From positions 1 through 31,361 of the IMG/VR virus record IMGVR_UViG_3300032260_000016: a DNA stretch of 31,361 bases. One strand, written 5' to 3'. The position numbers and the translations under genes are program-made. Below, in pieces: positions 7,524 through 15,507 of this stretch; position 1 is the first letter of the stretch, and each line of letters starts with the position of its first letter. Below the pieces are notes generated by a model. It searched no databases. It was given only the letters and a program-made list of their open reading frames with translations, and was not told where the DNA came from. This DNA is from a virus. Taxonomy: Duplodnaviria; Caudoviricetes.

Positions 7524-7781
7524 ATGACAGATAGAATGGTACTACTCCCTGAGAACCCTGGAGTCTTAAGAGATACTCTTACTGATATTAACTATCATCT
7601 TGATAATACAGAAGAGGCTATGGCTATAGCAGGAATCATTAATGCTTGTCAAGAGATTATAACTAAACAGAATACAAGATTAAATGAGTCCCATAAGTTT
7701 GAGGCTATAGTTAAAAGAGATATTAAAGAAAAACAGCAGCGAGCTGGCACCTACCACGAGTATGACGAGGATGACTACTAA
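7524..7781 (+). CDS. Hypothetical protein
   Basis: 85 aa; GAGGA RBS. Confidence 0.75.
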   Translation: MTDRMVLLPENPGVLRDTLTDINYHLDNTEEAMAIAGIINACQEIITKQNTRLNESHKFEAIVKRDIKEKQQRAGTYHEYDEDDY

Positions 7782-7782
7782 T

Positions 7783-8760
7783 ATGGCTAAACTAAATACT
7801 AAAGCAGCATCTAAAACTCATAGAGTCTTACTCTTTGGTGGCCCAAAAACTGGTAAGTCACTCATTGCAGGACAGCTTGCTGAGTATTATAATCTAATCT
7901 GGGTAGATATGGAGAATGGGCATGAGACTCTATTCCAGCTACCTCCTGAATGGCAAGAGAAGATAGAGCTTATTAATCTTCCTGATACTCGCTCTTATCC
8001 TATAGCTATAGAGACCTGTCTTAAGATGGTTAAGGGGTCTGTATCTATATGCGAGCAGCATGGCAAGGTGGGATGTATGATATGTAAGAGGGTTCAGACT
8101 GATCGCTGTAAGAGTACAGATGATAGTATTAAGCATATAGAGATAGGTAAAGAACTCTTTACTGATGTAGATCTCCCTAACATGAATCATAACTCAGTAG
8201 TAGTATTTGACTCTCTTACCCAGCTCTCTAACTCCGCTATAGCTTTCATAACTAAAGACCAGCCTGATGATTATAAGCTAAACTATGATGACTGGGGTAA
8301 TCTGGGTAAGCTACTAGATATCTTTCTCTCTCATATACAGCAAGCAGGGTATAATGTAATTGTAATCTCTCATGAGATAGAAGCAGAGACAGAGGGCAAG
8401 AAGAAGACTCTCGTACCTGTAGGCGGGACAAGAAACTTCTCAAGGAATATAGCTAAGTATTTTGATCATGTAATCTATGCGGAACGGAAGAATAGGAAAC
8501 ATATATTCGCTTCCTCTACACAGTATGCCACTAACATACTTACTGGATCAAGAACTGATGTAAGAGTAGAAGATGCAGAGAAAGCATCGCTCTTAGCTAT
8601 ATTTAAACCAGAGTTATATCCTGAGACTGCACATAAGTCTGAGGCAGGGAAAGAAGGGAAGAAGACAGGAAAGGTAGGAAAGTTAGCAGCAAAAGCTACA
8701 AGCACAAGCGCTAGTAAGGCGGGTGATATACTAGCTAAATTGAAAGCTAAGCAAAAATAG
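7783..8760 (+). CDS. Sak4-like (AAA_24) RecA-fold ATPase / single-strand annealing protein
   Basis: GGPKTGKS (Walker A), D.E.G, VFDSLT (Walker B), DWG, VISHE, YFDHV; lies between the exonuclease and SSB. Start placed at ATG 7783 (track gives 7762). Confidence 0.85.
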   Translation: MAKLNTKAASKTHRVLLFGGPKTGKSLIAGQLAEYYNLIWVDMENGHETLFQLPPEWQEKIELINLPDTRSYPIAIETCLKMVKGSVSICEQHGKVGCMICKRVQTDRCKSTDDSIKHIEIGKELFTDVDLPNMNHNSVVVFDSLTQLSNSAIAFITKDQPDDYKLNYDDWGNLGKLLDIFLSHIQQAGYNVIVISHEIEAETEGKKKTLVPVGGTRNFSRNIAKYFDHVIYAERKNRKHIFASSTQYATNILTGSRTDVRVEDAEKASLLAIFKPELYPETAHKSEAGKEGKKTGKVGKLAAKATSTSASKAGDILAKLKAKQK

Positions 8761-8932
8761 GAGAAAAAGATGTTACTATTAAGCAAGGAGATAGTCAAAT
8801 AACCTGAGAGATAGAGTCGGTGTGACCTGCGCATTAGCTGTACGACTAAGAAAATATTATCAAGCTAATACTAGACCAATTGTTGCATGTCTAAAATAAG
8901 GATCGTACCTTACATATGGAAAGTAGTAGAAC

Positions 8933-8966
8933 CTACAATCTATTGAAAAACTCTACAATACTATTG
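8933..8966. repeat. Two direct, quasi-palindromic repeats 20 bp apart, followed by an AT-rich tract
   Basis: CTACAATCTATTG (8933-8945) and CTACAATACTATTG (8953-8966); TATAAT at 8971-8976. Confidence 0.6.
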
Positions 8967-9039
8967 CATATATAATACTATACATATCTATATGCTATCA
9001 TAAAATTATATACATATAAATCATATAAGGAAACATATC

Positions 9040-9450
9040 ATGTCAGAAACAGATGATCTACTAGACTCGACACTGGATGATCTTGAAGATCTACCGGAGT
9101 TTAAACCTTTTCCGCCGGGCGCTCATAGAGTATCGGTAAGCATGGAACTTAAGGAAGTCTCTGATAAGAAGTGTGTAGAGATGTCTCTTACTCACATTGA
9201 GACTCTTGAACTTTCTACTCCTACAGACACAGCACCAACTCCAGGAGATAGCACTAATGTACTATTCTTCCTGGATAATGAGTTCGGGAGAGGAAATCTA
9301 AAAGCTTGCGGTAAGCCTCTGGCTGAAGCTCTAGGTACTACTTCAATTAGAGATACGATTGAAGCTACTACTAATATTGAATGTCTTGTACTTACCTCTA
9401 ATGATAAGGATAAGAAGTATACCAATATTAAAGAGCTGAATGTAGTATAA
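9040..9450 (+). CDS. Putative single-stranded DNA-binding protein (DUF669-like)
   Basis: Acidic N-terminus, FKPFPPGAH motif, predicted beta/OB-type body; position after Sak4; TAAGGA RBS. Confidence 0.7.
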   Translation: MSETDDLLDSTLDDLEDLPEFKPFPPGAHRVSVSMELKEVSDKKCVEMSLTHIETLELSTPTDTAPTPGDSTNVLFFLDNEFGRGNLKACGKPLAEALGTTSIRDTIEATTNIECLVLTSNDKDKKYTNIKELNVV

Positions 9451-9527
9451 AGATCTAAGAACCAGGTCTAGAAAGACTCTTAGATTTAATATACCTTGCA
9501 GGTTAGACTACTGTGAGGTATATTTTG
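9451..9527 (+). terminator. Tandem hairpins after the SSB gene; the second is terminator-like
   Basis: AGATCTAAGA/TCTTAGATTT (9451-9487); AATATACCTTGCAG/CTGTGAGGTATATT (9488-9524) followed by a T run; G-U pairs favour the + strand. Confidence 0.65.
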
Positions 9528-9558
9528 TATGAGAAGTTTATTATAATAAGGAGACAGA

Positions 9559-11964
9559 GTGACTAGCCTAGCATCTCACATAGCTACCCTCAGAAAGAGA
9601 GAAGCATCTAAGCCTATCAAGGCTGATGATGTAATCCTTTACTGGGGTACGCTAGCTGATAAGAATTATCTCCACTTCCTTAAGCCATGTGTAGGTAGCG
9701 CTACTACATATATAAGAACTGAGACTGTAGAAACTCTTACTCAGGTATCAATGTATTGTGCTAAGAAAGGTATCACAAGAATAGTATCCTCTTCCACGTC
9801 CCTCCTTCAGAAGCTGCTGCATTGGGATAGGCGAGCAGCAGCTAAGCTAAGTAATTATGCAGGCTCTTACTTTACTATACCCACATTAGATAAGACAGAT
9901 GAGATAGAAATAGTATTTATCCAGCCATTAAAACAGTTGATTACTGTACCTTATGGCCCGTTTATGGCGACAAGAATCATATCTAAGCTGACTAAACCAG
10001 AGAGTTGGTATAAGGCTACACCCTTCCCCGGCTTTGATCTAATCACAGCGACTAATGAAGCTTCAGCCTTTCATCTACTAAGCAAGTGTTTTCTAATAGC
10101 TGTAGACATAGAGACATTCAGAGAGAATGCGACTATACGCTGTATCTCCTACACAGGATTCTTTGTTACAGAAGAAGGTAATATAAAATCCTACTCCACA
10201 TGCTTCCCTCTAGATTCCACTTATGCCTTAGCTACCATGCGTAAGTGGAACTGGCAACTTAAAGCACCAAAGGTATTTCAAAATGGAAAGTACGATAATG
10301 CTTATCTCTCCAGATATAATGCTCCTATATATAACTATCTCTACGATACTGCTAATATGTTCCATAGTTGGCTTAGCGAGTTACCTAAAGATCTTGGGTT
10401 CCTCAATTCATTCTTTATCAGAGAAGCTATGTATTGGAAAGATCTTGCTAATACTAATGATCTTCATGAGTATTATCGCTATAATGCTCTTGATACTTGG
10501 GGCACTGGGAATGCATTACTAGCAATGATTTTAGAGTTGCCAGATTGGGCAGTGCAGAATTACCTTACTGAGTTTCCTCTAGTCTTCCCTTGTCACATGG
10601 CAGAGATGACAGGAATAGAGAGAGATATGGATAAGCTAGCTATAGCTAGGGCTGAGGTGGATACTACTATAGCTGAGAAAGGTAAGAGCCTAGATAAGAT
10701 GCTAGGAGTTAAAGGATTCAATGTTAAGTCTTCTAAACAGATGAAGAGTTTGCTTAAAATCTTAGGCTGCGGAGATCTTAAGAGTGCAGATGAGAAGAAT
10801 CTTAAGAAGGCTAGATTTCGCCACCCATTCAATGCACGCATAATAAATTTGGTACTCGATATAAGAAGTGCTAGAACCATGAAAGAGAACTACCTCCAAA
10901 CAGGAGAGAAAGCTAAAGAGTTTCATCACCTTGACGGCACAGGTAATAGAATCCTTACAGCTCTTAATCCTCATGGTACTGATAGCTCTAGGCTTGCTTC
11001 TAAAGAGCATCATTTCTGGTGTGGTACTAACATGCAGAAGATACCTAGAGGGCCGGTAGTTAAGCAGACTATGAGAGCTGACCCTGGCTTTGCTCTAGCT
11101 GAAGTGGATCTAGAACAAGCGGAGTCAAGGGATACTGCTTACATCTCAGGCGAAGAAGCCATGATAGCAGCAGTGGAGCACTCTCCAGATTTTCATTGCG
11201 CTAATGCTTCTGCCTTCTTTGGTATTCCTTTTGAGCAGTTATATGATGCACTGACTCATTGTAAGCTGAATATACCTATAAGAGATCTAGCTAAGAATGT
11301 TAATCATGGAGCTAACTATAATATGGGAGCCTTTATCTTAGTAGAGACTATGGGTGAAGAGAATATAGTAAAGGCGAAAAAGCTGCTAGGGCTTAATAGA
11401 TTCTGGAGTTATATACAGGTGGCTGAATACCTGCTTGAGAGATTCCATAAAGCTTATCCTGGACTTAGAAAAGTATTCTATGCTGGAGTGATAGAGGAAG
11501 TATGTGAGACAGGGTTGCTAATGCATCATATTATGAGACGGCCAGCTACTTGGGATACTAAAAAAGACGGAGATAGTATCTGGGAGATTGATCCTAATAC
11601 ACTTACTAGAATGTGTTTCGGACACCCTGATAAGAATAAGCAACACCTAAATTCTTATATAGCTCATCCACCACAAAGTCTTAACGCACAGACATTGAAT
11701 AAGGCTTGGATGAAAGTATTTCATGAGGTAGCTATGCACCCTAAGCATGGCCCTAACTTTAAGCTAATAGCACAGATTCATGATAGCATCCTATTTCAAT
11801 ACAGGCTAGGGCATGAGTATCTATGTGAGGAAGTAAAGGAGAGGATGGAGATACCGGTAATGATTAGAGGTTATGATGATAAGGTAAGAACATTCACTGT
11901 ACCTGCTGGAATTAAGGCAGGGAAAGCAGGTAAGATTGCAACCTATTGGAGTGAGACAGAATGA
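9559..11964 (+). CDS. polA: Family A DNA polymerase with 3'-5' exonuclease and degenerate UDG-like N-terminal domain
   Basis: Exonuclease motifs VDIET, QNGKYD, YNALD; RLAS...NMQKIP; motif A DLEQAESR, motif B RDLAKNVNHGANY, motif C QIHDS; TAAGGAG RBS before GTG. Confidence 0.95.
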   Translation: MTSLASHIATLRKREASKPIKADDVILYWGTLADKNYLHFLKPCVGSATTYIRTETVETLTQVSMYCAKKGITRIVSSSTSLLQKLLHWDRRAAAKLSNYAGSYFTIPTLDKTDEIEIVFIQPLKQLITVPYGPFMATRIISKLTKPESWYKATPFPGFDLITATNEASAFHLLSKCFLIAVDIETFRENATIRCISYTGFFVTEEGNIKSYSTCFPLDSTYALATMRKWNWQLKAPKVFQNGKYDNAYLSRYNAPIYNYLYDTANMFHSWLSELPKDLGFLNSFFIREAMYWKDLANTNDLHEYYRYNALDTWGTGNALLAMILELPDWAVQNYLTEFPLVFPCHMAEMTGIERDMDKLAIARAEVDTTIAEKGKSLDKMLGVKGFNVKSSKQMKSLLKILGCGDLKSADEKNLKKARFRHPFNARIINLVLDIRSARTMKENYLQTGEKAKEFHHLDGTGNRILTALNPHGTDSSRLASKEHHFWCGTNMQKIPRGPVVKQTMRADPGFALAEVDLEQAESRDTAYISGEEAMIAAVEHSPDFHCANASAFFGIPFEQLYDALTHCKLNIPIRDLAKNVNHGANYNMGAFILVETMGEENIVKAKKLLGLNRFWSYIQVAEYLLERFHKAYPGLRKVFYAGVIEEVCETGLLMHHIMRRPATWDTKKDGDSIWEIDPNTLTRMCFGHPDKNKQHLNSYIAHPPQSLNAQTLNKAWMKVFHEVAMHPKHGPNFKLIAQIHDSILFQYRLGHEYLCEEVKERMEIPVMIRGYDDKVRTFTVPAGIKAGKAGKIATYWSETE

Positions 11965-12233
11965 AACTAGAACTTACAGTGCAGCTTAAAGGAGAGTATT
12001 GGAGAGGAGGAGCTATGGTAGAGATACCTGAACTCTTAGTAGAGTCTTTCCAGCCTATGAGAACTACTGATATACCTGAGATGACATACATAGCTGGAGA
12101 GCTTATAGCAGGCTCAGAGAAAAGTATGAAAGTTTTAAAGCTTCGTGAGGATGCAGCTAAGATCCTATCAGAGCATCTTACAAGAATGATATTAGATGAG
12201 ATGAGTAAGAAGGATACACATAATGGATACTAA
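11961..12233 (+). CDS. Hypothetical protein
   Basis: 90 aa; ATGA overlap with the polymerase gene. Confidence 0.75.
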   Translation: MKLELTVQLKGEYWRGGAMVEIPELLVESFQPMRTTDIPEMTYIAGELIAGSEKSMKVLKLREDAAKILSEHLTRMILDEMSKKDTHNGY

Positions 12234-12531
12234 TATACCTAAATCCTATACACCTACATACTTTACAAGAAGCGAAGGTACTCTCTGGCACAGATGGCCG
12301 GAAGATACTACAGTATCAGAAGAGCAGTTAGCAGCAGCATTACAGCCAGATTGCTTATTTGGTACGGTAGCTCTCAGAACTTCTGGTATAGCATTGTCTG
12401 TACACTCTCTGGCCTGGGGAGATCCAATAGGTACTCCTAGAGGAGGTTTTGCTAGATGGGATTGTATCAATGGCTGGACTTGTACTCTGGAAGAAGTAGC
12501 AGAACTTACTGATGGGGTTAAGAGAGTATGA
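12223..12531 (+). CDS. Hypothetical Trp-rich protein, apparent paralog of 12528-12803
   Basis: 102 aa; AAGGA RBS; WG...GTP...WDCINGW. Confidence 0.75.
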   Translation: MDTNIPKSYTPTYFTRSEGTLWHRWPEDTTVSEEQLAAALQPDCLFGTVALRTSGIALSVHSLAWGDPIGTPRGGFARWDCINGWTCTLEEVAELTDGVKRV

Positions 12532-12803
12532 GACTACCAGCTATAGATGCTAGTAATGTACTTCCTGTTCCTAGTCACTACTTGATAAAGAAAGGAGGTC
12601 AGTGGTTAAAGTCCTCGCCTAGCACTACAATATCCTTGGATCTGCTAGATGCTATGGTAGAAGCGGGAGCTAGACATTGTATAGTAGATGACAACTATAA
12701 CCACATATATGCATTTAAATGGGGTCAGCTAGAAGGTACTCCTATGTGGAACTATATAGATGGCTGGGTAATTAAGATACCAGAAGAAACTAATAAGGTA
12801 TAG
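12528..12803 (+). CDS. Hypothetical Trp-rich protein, apparent paralog of 12223-12531
   Basis: 91 aa; ATGA overlap; WG...GTP.WNYIDGW. Confidence 0.75.
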   Translation: MRLPAIDASNVLPVPSHYLIKKGGQWLKSSPSTTISLDLLDAMVEAGARHCIVDDNYNHIYAFKWGQLEGTPMWNYIDGWVIKIPEETNKV

Positions 12804-12812
12804 CTAACCCCT

Positions 12813-14123
12813 ATGAATAGCAGTAGTGAAGAGGATAAGGCAGAGGTGGATAAACCTGAAGACTTCTTCTCCTTATATCTAGAATATACATCTCATACTG
12901 AATGCCCGGTTTTCTTCCACCGTTGGTGTGCCATCACATGCTTAGCTGCATGGATAGGTAGGGACATATACTTTCCTTTTGGTCACTTTAAGATCCATGC
13001 TAATATGTATACCATGCTGGTAGGGTTAGCTGGAACTAAGAAGTCTACAGCTATTAAGATAGGAGTAAATCTTATGGAGGCAGCGGGCTACACTGATTTT
13101 GCTGCTGATAAGACCCGGCAAGAGAAGTTTCTAATAGATATGGCAGGAGGAGATGAAGCAGATTCAAAGGAATCAGCAGATGATATATTAGAAACTAACT
13201 TATTCGGAGGTGTGGATGCTAGTCTTCGTCCTCCAGCAGAATGCTTTGTAGCCTCCGATGAGATTAATAACTTCATAGGTGTAGGTAATCTAGAGTTTAT
13301 GAGTATACTGGGCGACTTCTGGGATAGAGACAAGCCTTTTAAGTATAAACTTAAGAACTCTAATAGCGTAGTGATACCTTATCCTACTGTAAATATCCTC
13401 GGAGGTAACACCTTTGTAGGACTTAATAGGCTCTTTCCTTCAGAAGCTATAGAGCAAGGCTTCTTTTCCAGACTTCTCTTTATTCATGCGGAGCCTACTG
13501 GAGTTAAGCATACTATTCCAGCAGACCCAGACCCAGCTATAAGAGACAAACTTATAGAGGCATTGGTTGCTATAAAGACTAATGTGCAAGGAAAGATTAC
13601 TATAACTCCTGACGGATACACTCTTCTTGATAGAATTTATAAGACCTGGGAAGGTATGAATGATATAAGATTTGATGCTTATGAGAATAGAAGATTACAG
13701 CATTTGATAAAGCTATGTATGCTCACTGCCGCCGTAAGAGTATCCAGAGAGATCTCTATAGATGATGTAATATATGCTAATACAATCCTTACCTTTACTG
13801 AATCTCTTATGCCTAAAGCATTAGGCGAGTTTGGTAAAGCTAGGAACTCTGATACTACTCATAAGATTATGCAGCTACTAGATGCAGCAGCGGAGCCTAT
13901 CTCATTCCAAACTCTGTGGAAGCAGATACATATAGATCTGGAAAGAAGAGATCAGTTAGCAGAGATCTTAGGTAGCTTAGACGCAGCAGGAAAGATACAG
14001 ACAGTGCAAGGGATTGGAGGTTCAGGAGGAGGGTACTTACCTATAAAGGCTAGAGTATCTGGAGGAGTGGAAGGAGCAGTAGACTGGAACTTACTTACAA
14101 CAGCAGAGAGAGATTTGCTATGA
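12813..14123 (+). CDS. DUF3987-like AAA+ ATPase, putative replicative helicase
   Basis: LVGLAGTKKSTA (Walker A variant), VASDE (Walker B), QGFFSRLLF (arginine-finger-like), C-terminal winged-helix-like region. Confidence 0.75.
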   Translation: MNSSSEEDKAEVDKPEDFFSLYLEYTSHTECPVFFHRWCAITCLAAWIGRDIYFPFGHFKIHANMYTMLVGLAGTKKSTAIKIGVNLMEAAGYTDFAADKTRQEKFLIDMAGGDEADSKESADDILETNLFGGVDASLRPPAECFVASDEINNFIGVGNLEFMSILGDFWDRDKPFKYKLKNSNSVVIPYPTVNILGGNTFVGLNRLFPSEAIEQGFFSRLLFIHAEPTGVKHTIPADPDPAIRDKLIEALVAIKTNVQGKITITPDGYTLLDRIYKTWEGMNDIRFDAYENRRLQHLIKLCMLTAAVRVSREISIDDVIYANTILTFTESLMPKALGEFGKARNSDTTHKIMQLLDAAAEPISFQTLWKQIHIDLERRDQLAEILGSLDAAGKIQTVQGIGGSGGGYLPIKARVSGGVEGAVDWNLLTTAERDLL

Positions 14124-14282
14124 GCATACTATTAGTAGTAAAGAGTGACAGAGTGACAGAGTGATGAAGGAGCTTTACCTTTGGTAAAGTATAACAGAGA
14201 TGGGATAGTTATACTGAGTCGCTGGTCGCTACTGAAGCTATTATTTAACGGAGCTTTAAGCACAGGAGAAAACAAGTTATGA
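14120..14282 (+). pseudogene. Small ORF disrupted by an 8-bp tandem repeat
   Basis: GAGTGACA x2 + GAGTGA at 14143-14164; removing 16 nt restores a 48-aa ORF with ATGA overlaps at both ends. Confidence 0.6.
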
Positions 14283-15211
14283 ATGAGATGAATGAGATGA
14301 ATGAACTAAACCCAGATGATAAGATTCTTATAGCCTACCATGCAAAGTGCATTGATGGATTTACATCTGCATGGGCTTGCTGGAGAGGACTTATAATGAC
14401 TACCTCAATCCTATCTGAGAATATAGACCTGATGGAAATGACTTATGGTAAGCTGGATGAAGTAGAAGAAGCAGCAGAAGTCTATGATAGGATCTATTTC
14501 GTAGACTTCTCTGCACCTATTGATGTATTGAATGGCATATCTATGGACTCTACAGTAGTAGTCATAGATCACCATAAGACAGCTATTGATATGTATGAAG
14601 GGTTTTCATATCTGAGAGATAGGATAAAGTTAGTATTAGATACCACAGAGTGCGGAGCTTCTCTAGTGTGGAATCATTTTCTACCTAACCAGTACCTCCC
14701 TCAGCTGATTAAATCAGTAAGAGACTATGACCTCTGGCAGTTTAAGCTACCTCATACCAGAGAGATTAATAAGTATCTAAGGGTACAGAAGAAAACTCTA
14801 GGTAACTGGTCTGCTCTAATGGAAGAGCTAGATAATAACATAAGCTATGAAAAAGCTTTCATCAAGGGAGCTGCAATAAAAGCCTACCATGATACTATAG
14901 TCTCTAGTCTGGTAGAGCAAGCAGAGCCTTGTGAGCTTAACAGACAGCAAGGACTTGTAGTTAATTGCTCTCCTCACTTCTCTAGTGATGTAGGTCATGA
15001 GCTAGCTCTTATCTCTGGAACCTTTGGAGCTACTTGGCAGCAAGAGCCGGGAGGAGAAGTTAAGTGGAGTCTGCGAAGTAATGGTGACTATGATGTATCC
15101 GCCATAGCTAAATCTTTTGGTGGAGGAGGTCATAAGAATGCAGCAGGATTTACTCTTAAAGCTCCTACTGAAGATGTAACTAAACTAGGGATAACCTTAT
15201 GGGCAAGCTAA
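14279..15211 (+). CDS. DHH/DHHA1 family phosphoesterase (nanoRNase-like)
   Basis: YH..C.DG, VDFS, IDHHKT, D.DLW, SLRS, GGGGHKNAAG; begins with (MNE)x3. Confidence 0.92.
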   Translation: MNEMNEMNELNPDDKILIAYHAKCIDGFTSAWACWRGLIMTTSILSENIDLMEMTYGKLDEVEEAAEVYDRIYFVDFSAPIDVLNGISMDSTVVVIDHHKTAIDMYEGFSYLRDRIKLVLDTTECGASLVWNHFLPNQYLPQLIKSVRDYDLWQFKLPHTREINKYLRVQKKTLGNWSALMEELDNNISYEKAFIKGAAIKAYHDTIVSSLVEQAEPCELNRQQGLVVNCSPHFSSDVGHELALISGTFGATWQQEPGGEVKWSLRSNGDYDVSAIAKSFGGGGHKNAAGFTLKAPTEDVTKLGITLWAS

Positions 15212-15483
15212 TAGTAGAGATGTTCCATGAGAATAGGATAGCACTACAAGTTGAGATTAAAAAGCACCCTGAACTTATGGAGCGCTTAGCTAATCACCAG
15301 CAGGATGAGTTTGAGATCTGCTTAGCTGAGATAGCTTCCTATTGTGATGTATTACTTCATGGAGATTATCTTCCTTCTGATCTGGATGGGCTGTGCGGAG
15401 TATTAGTTAAAAAGCTCATGGAGAAGAGAACGCCTCTGATATTAAGTAGTATCCCATCACCACCCCCACATAGTATTAATTAA
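15199..15483 (+). CDS. Hypothetical protein
   Basis: 94-aa ORF overlapping the DHH gene stop. Confidence 0.75.
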   Translation: MGKLIVEMFHENRIALQVEIKKHPELMERLANHQQDEFEICLAEIASYCDVLLHGDYLPSDLDGLCGVLVKKLMEKRTPLILSSIPSPPPHSIN

Positions 15484-15507
15484 TATCATAATACAGGAGA
15501 TATAAAT

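Noticed and set aside
8815-8870. HDV-like (theta) ribozyme
   Set aside because: The helix order does not fit: the crossing strand follows the inner hairpin instead of preceding it
9559-11964. 2-aminoadenine (Z-genome) polymerase
   Set aside because: No purZ, datZ or mazZ-like gene is present in the window, so the call cannot be supported
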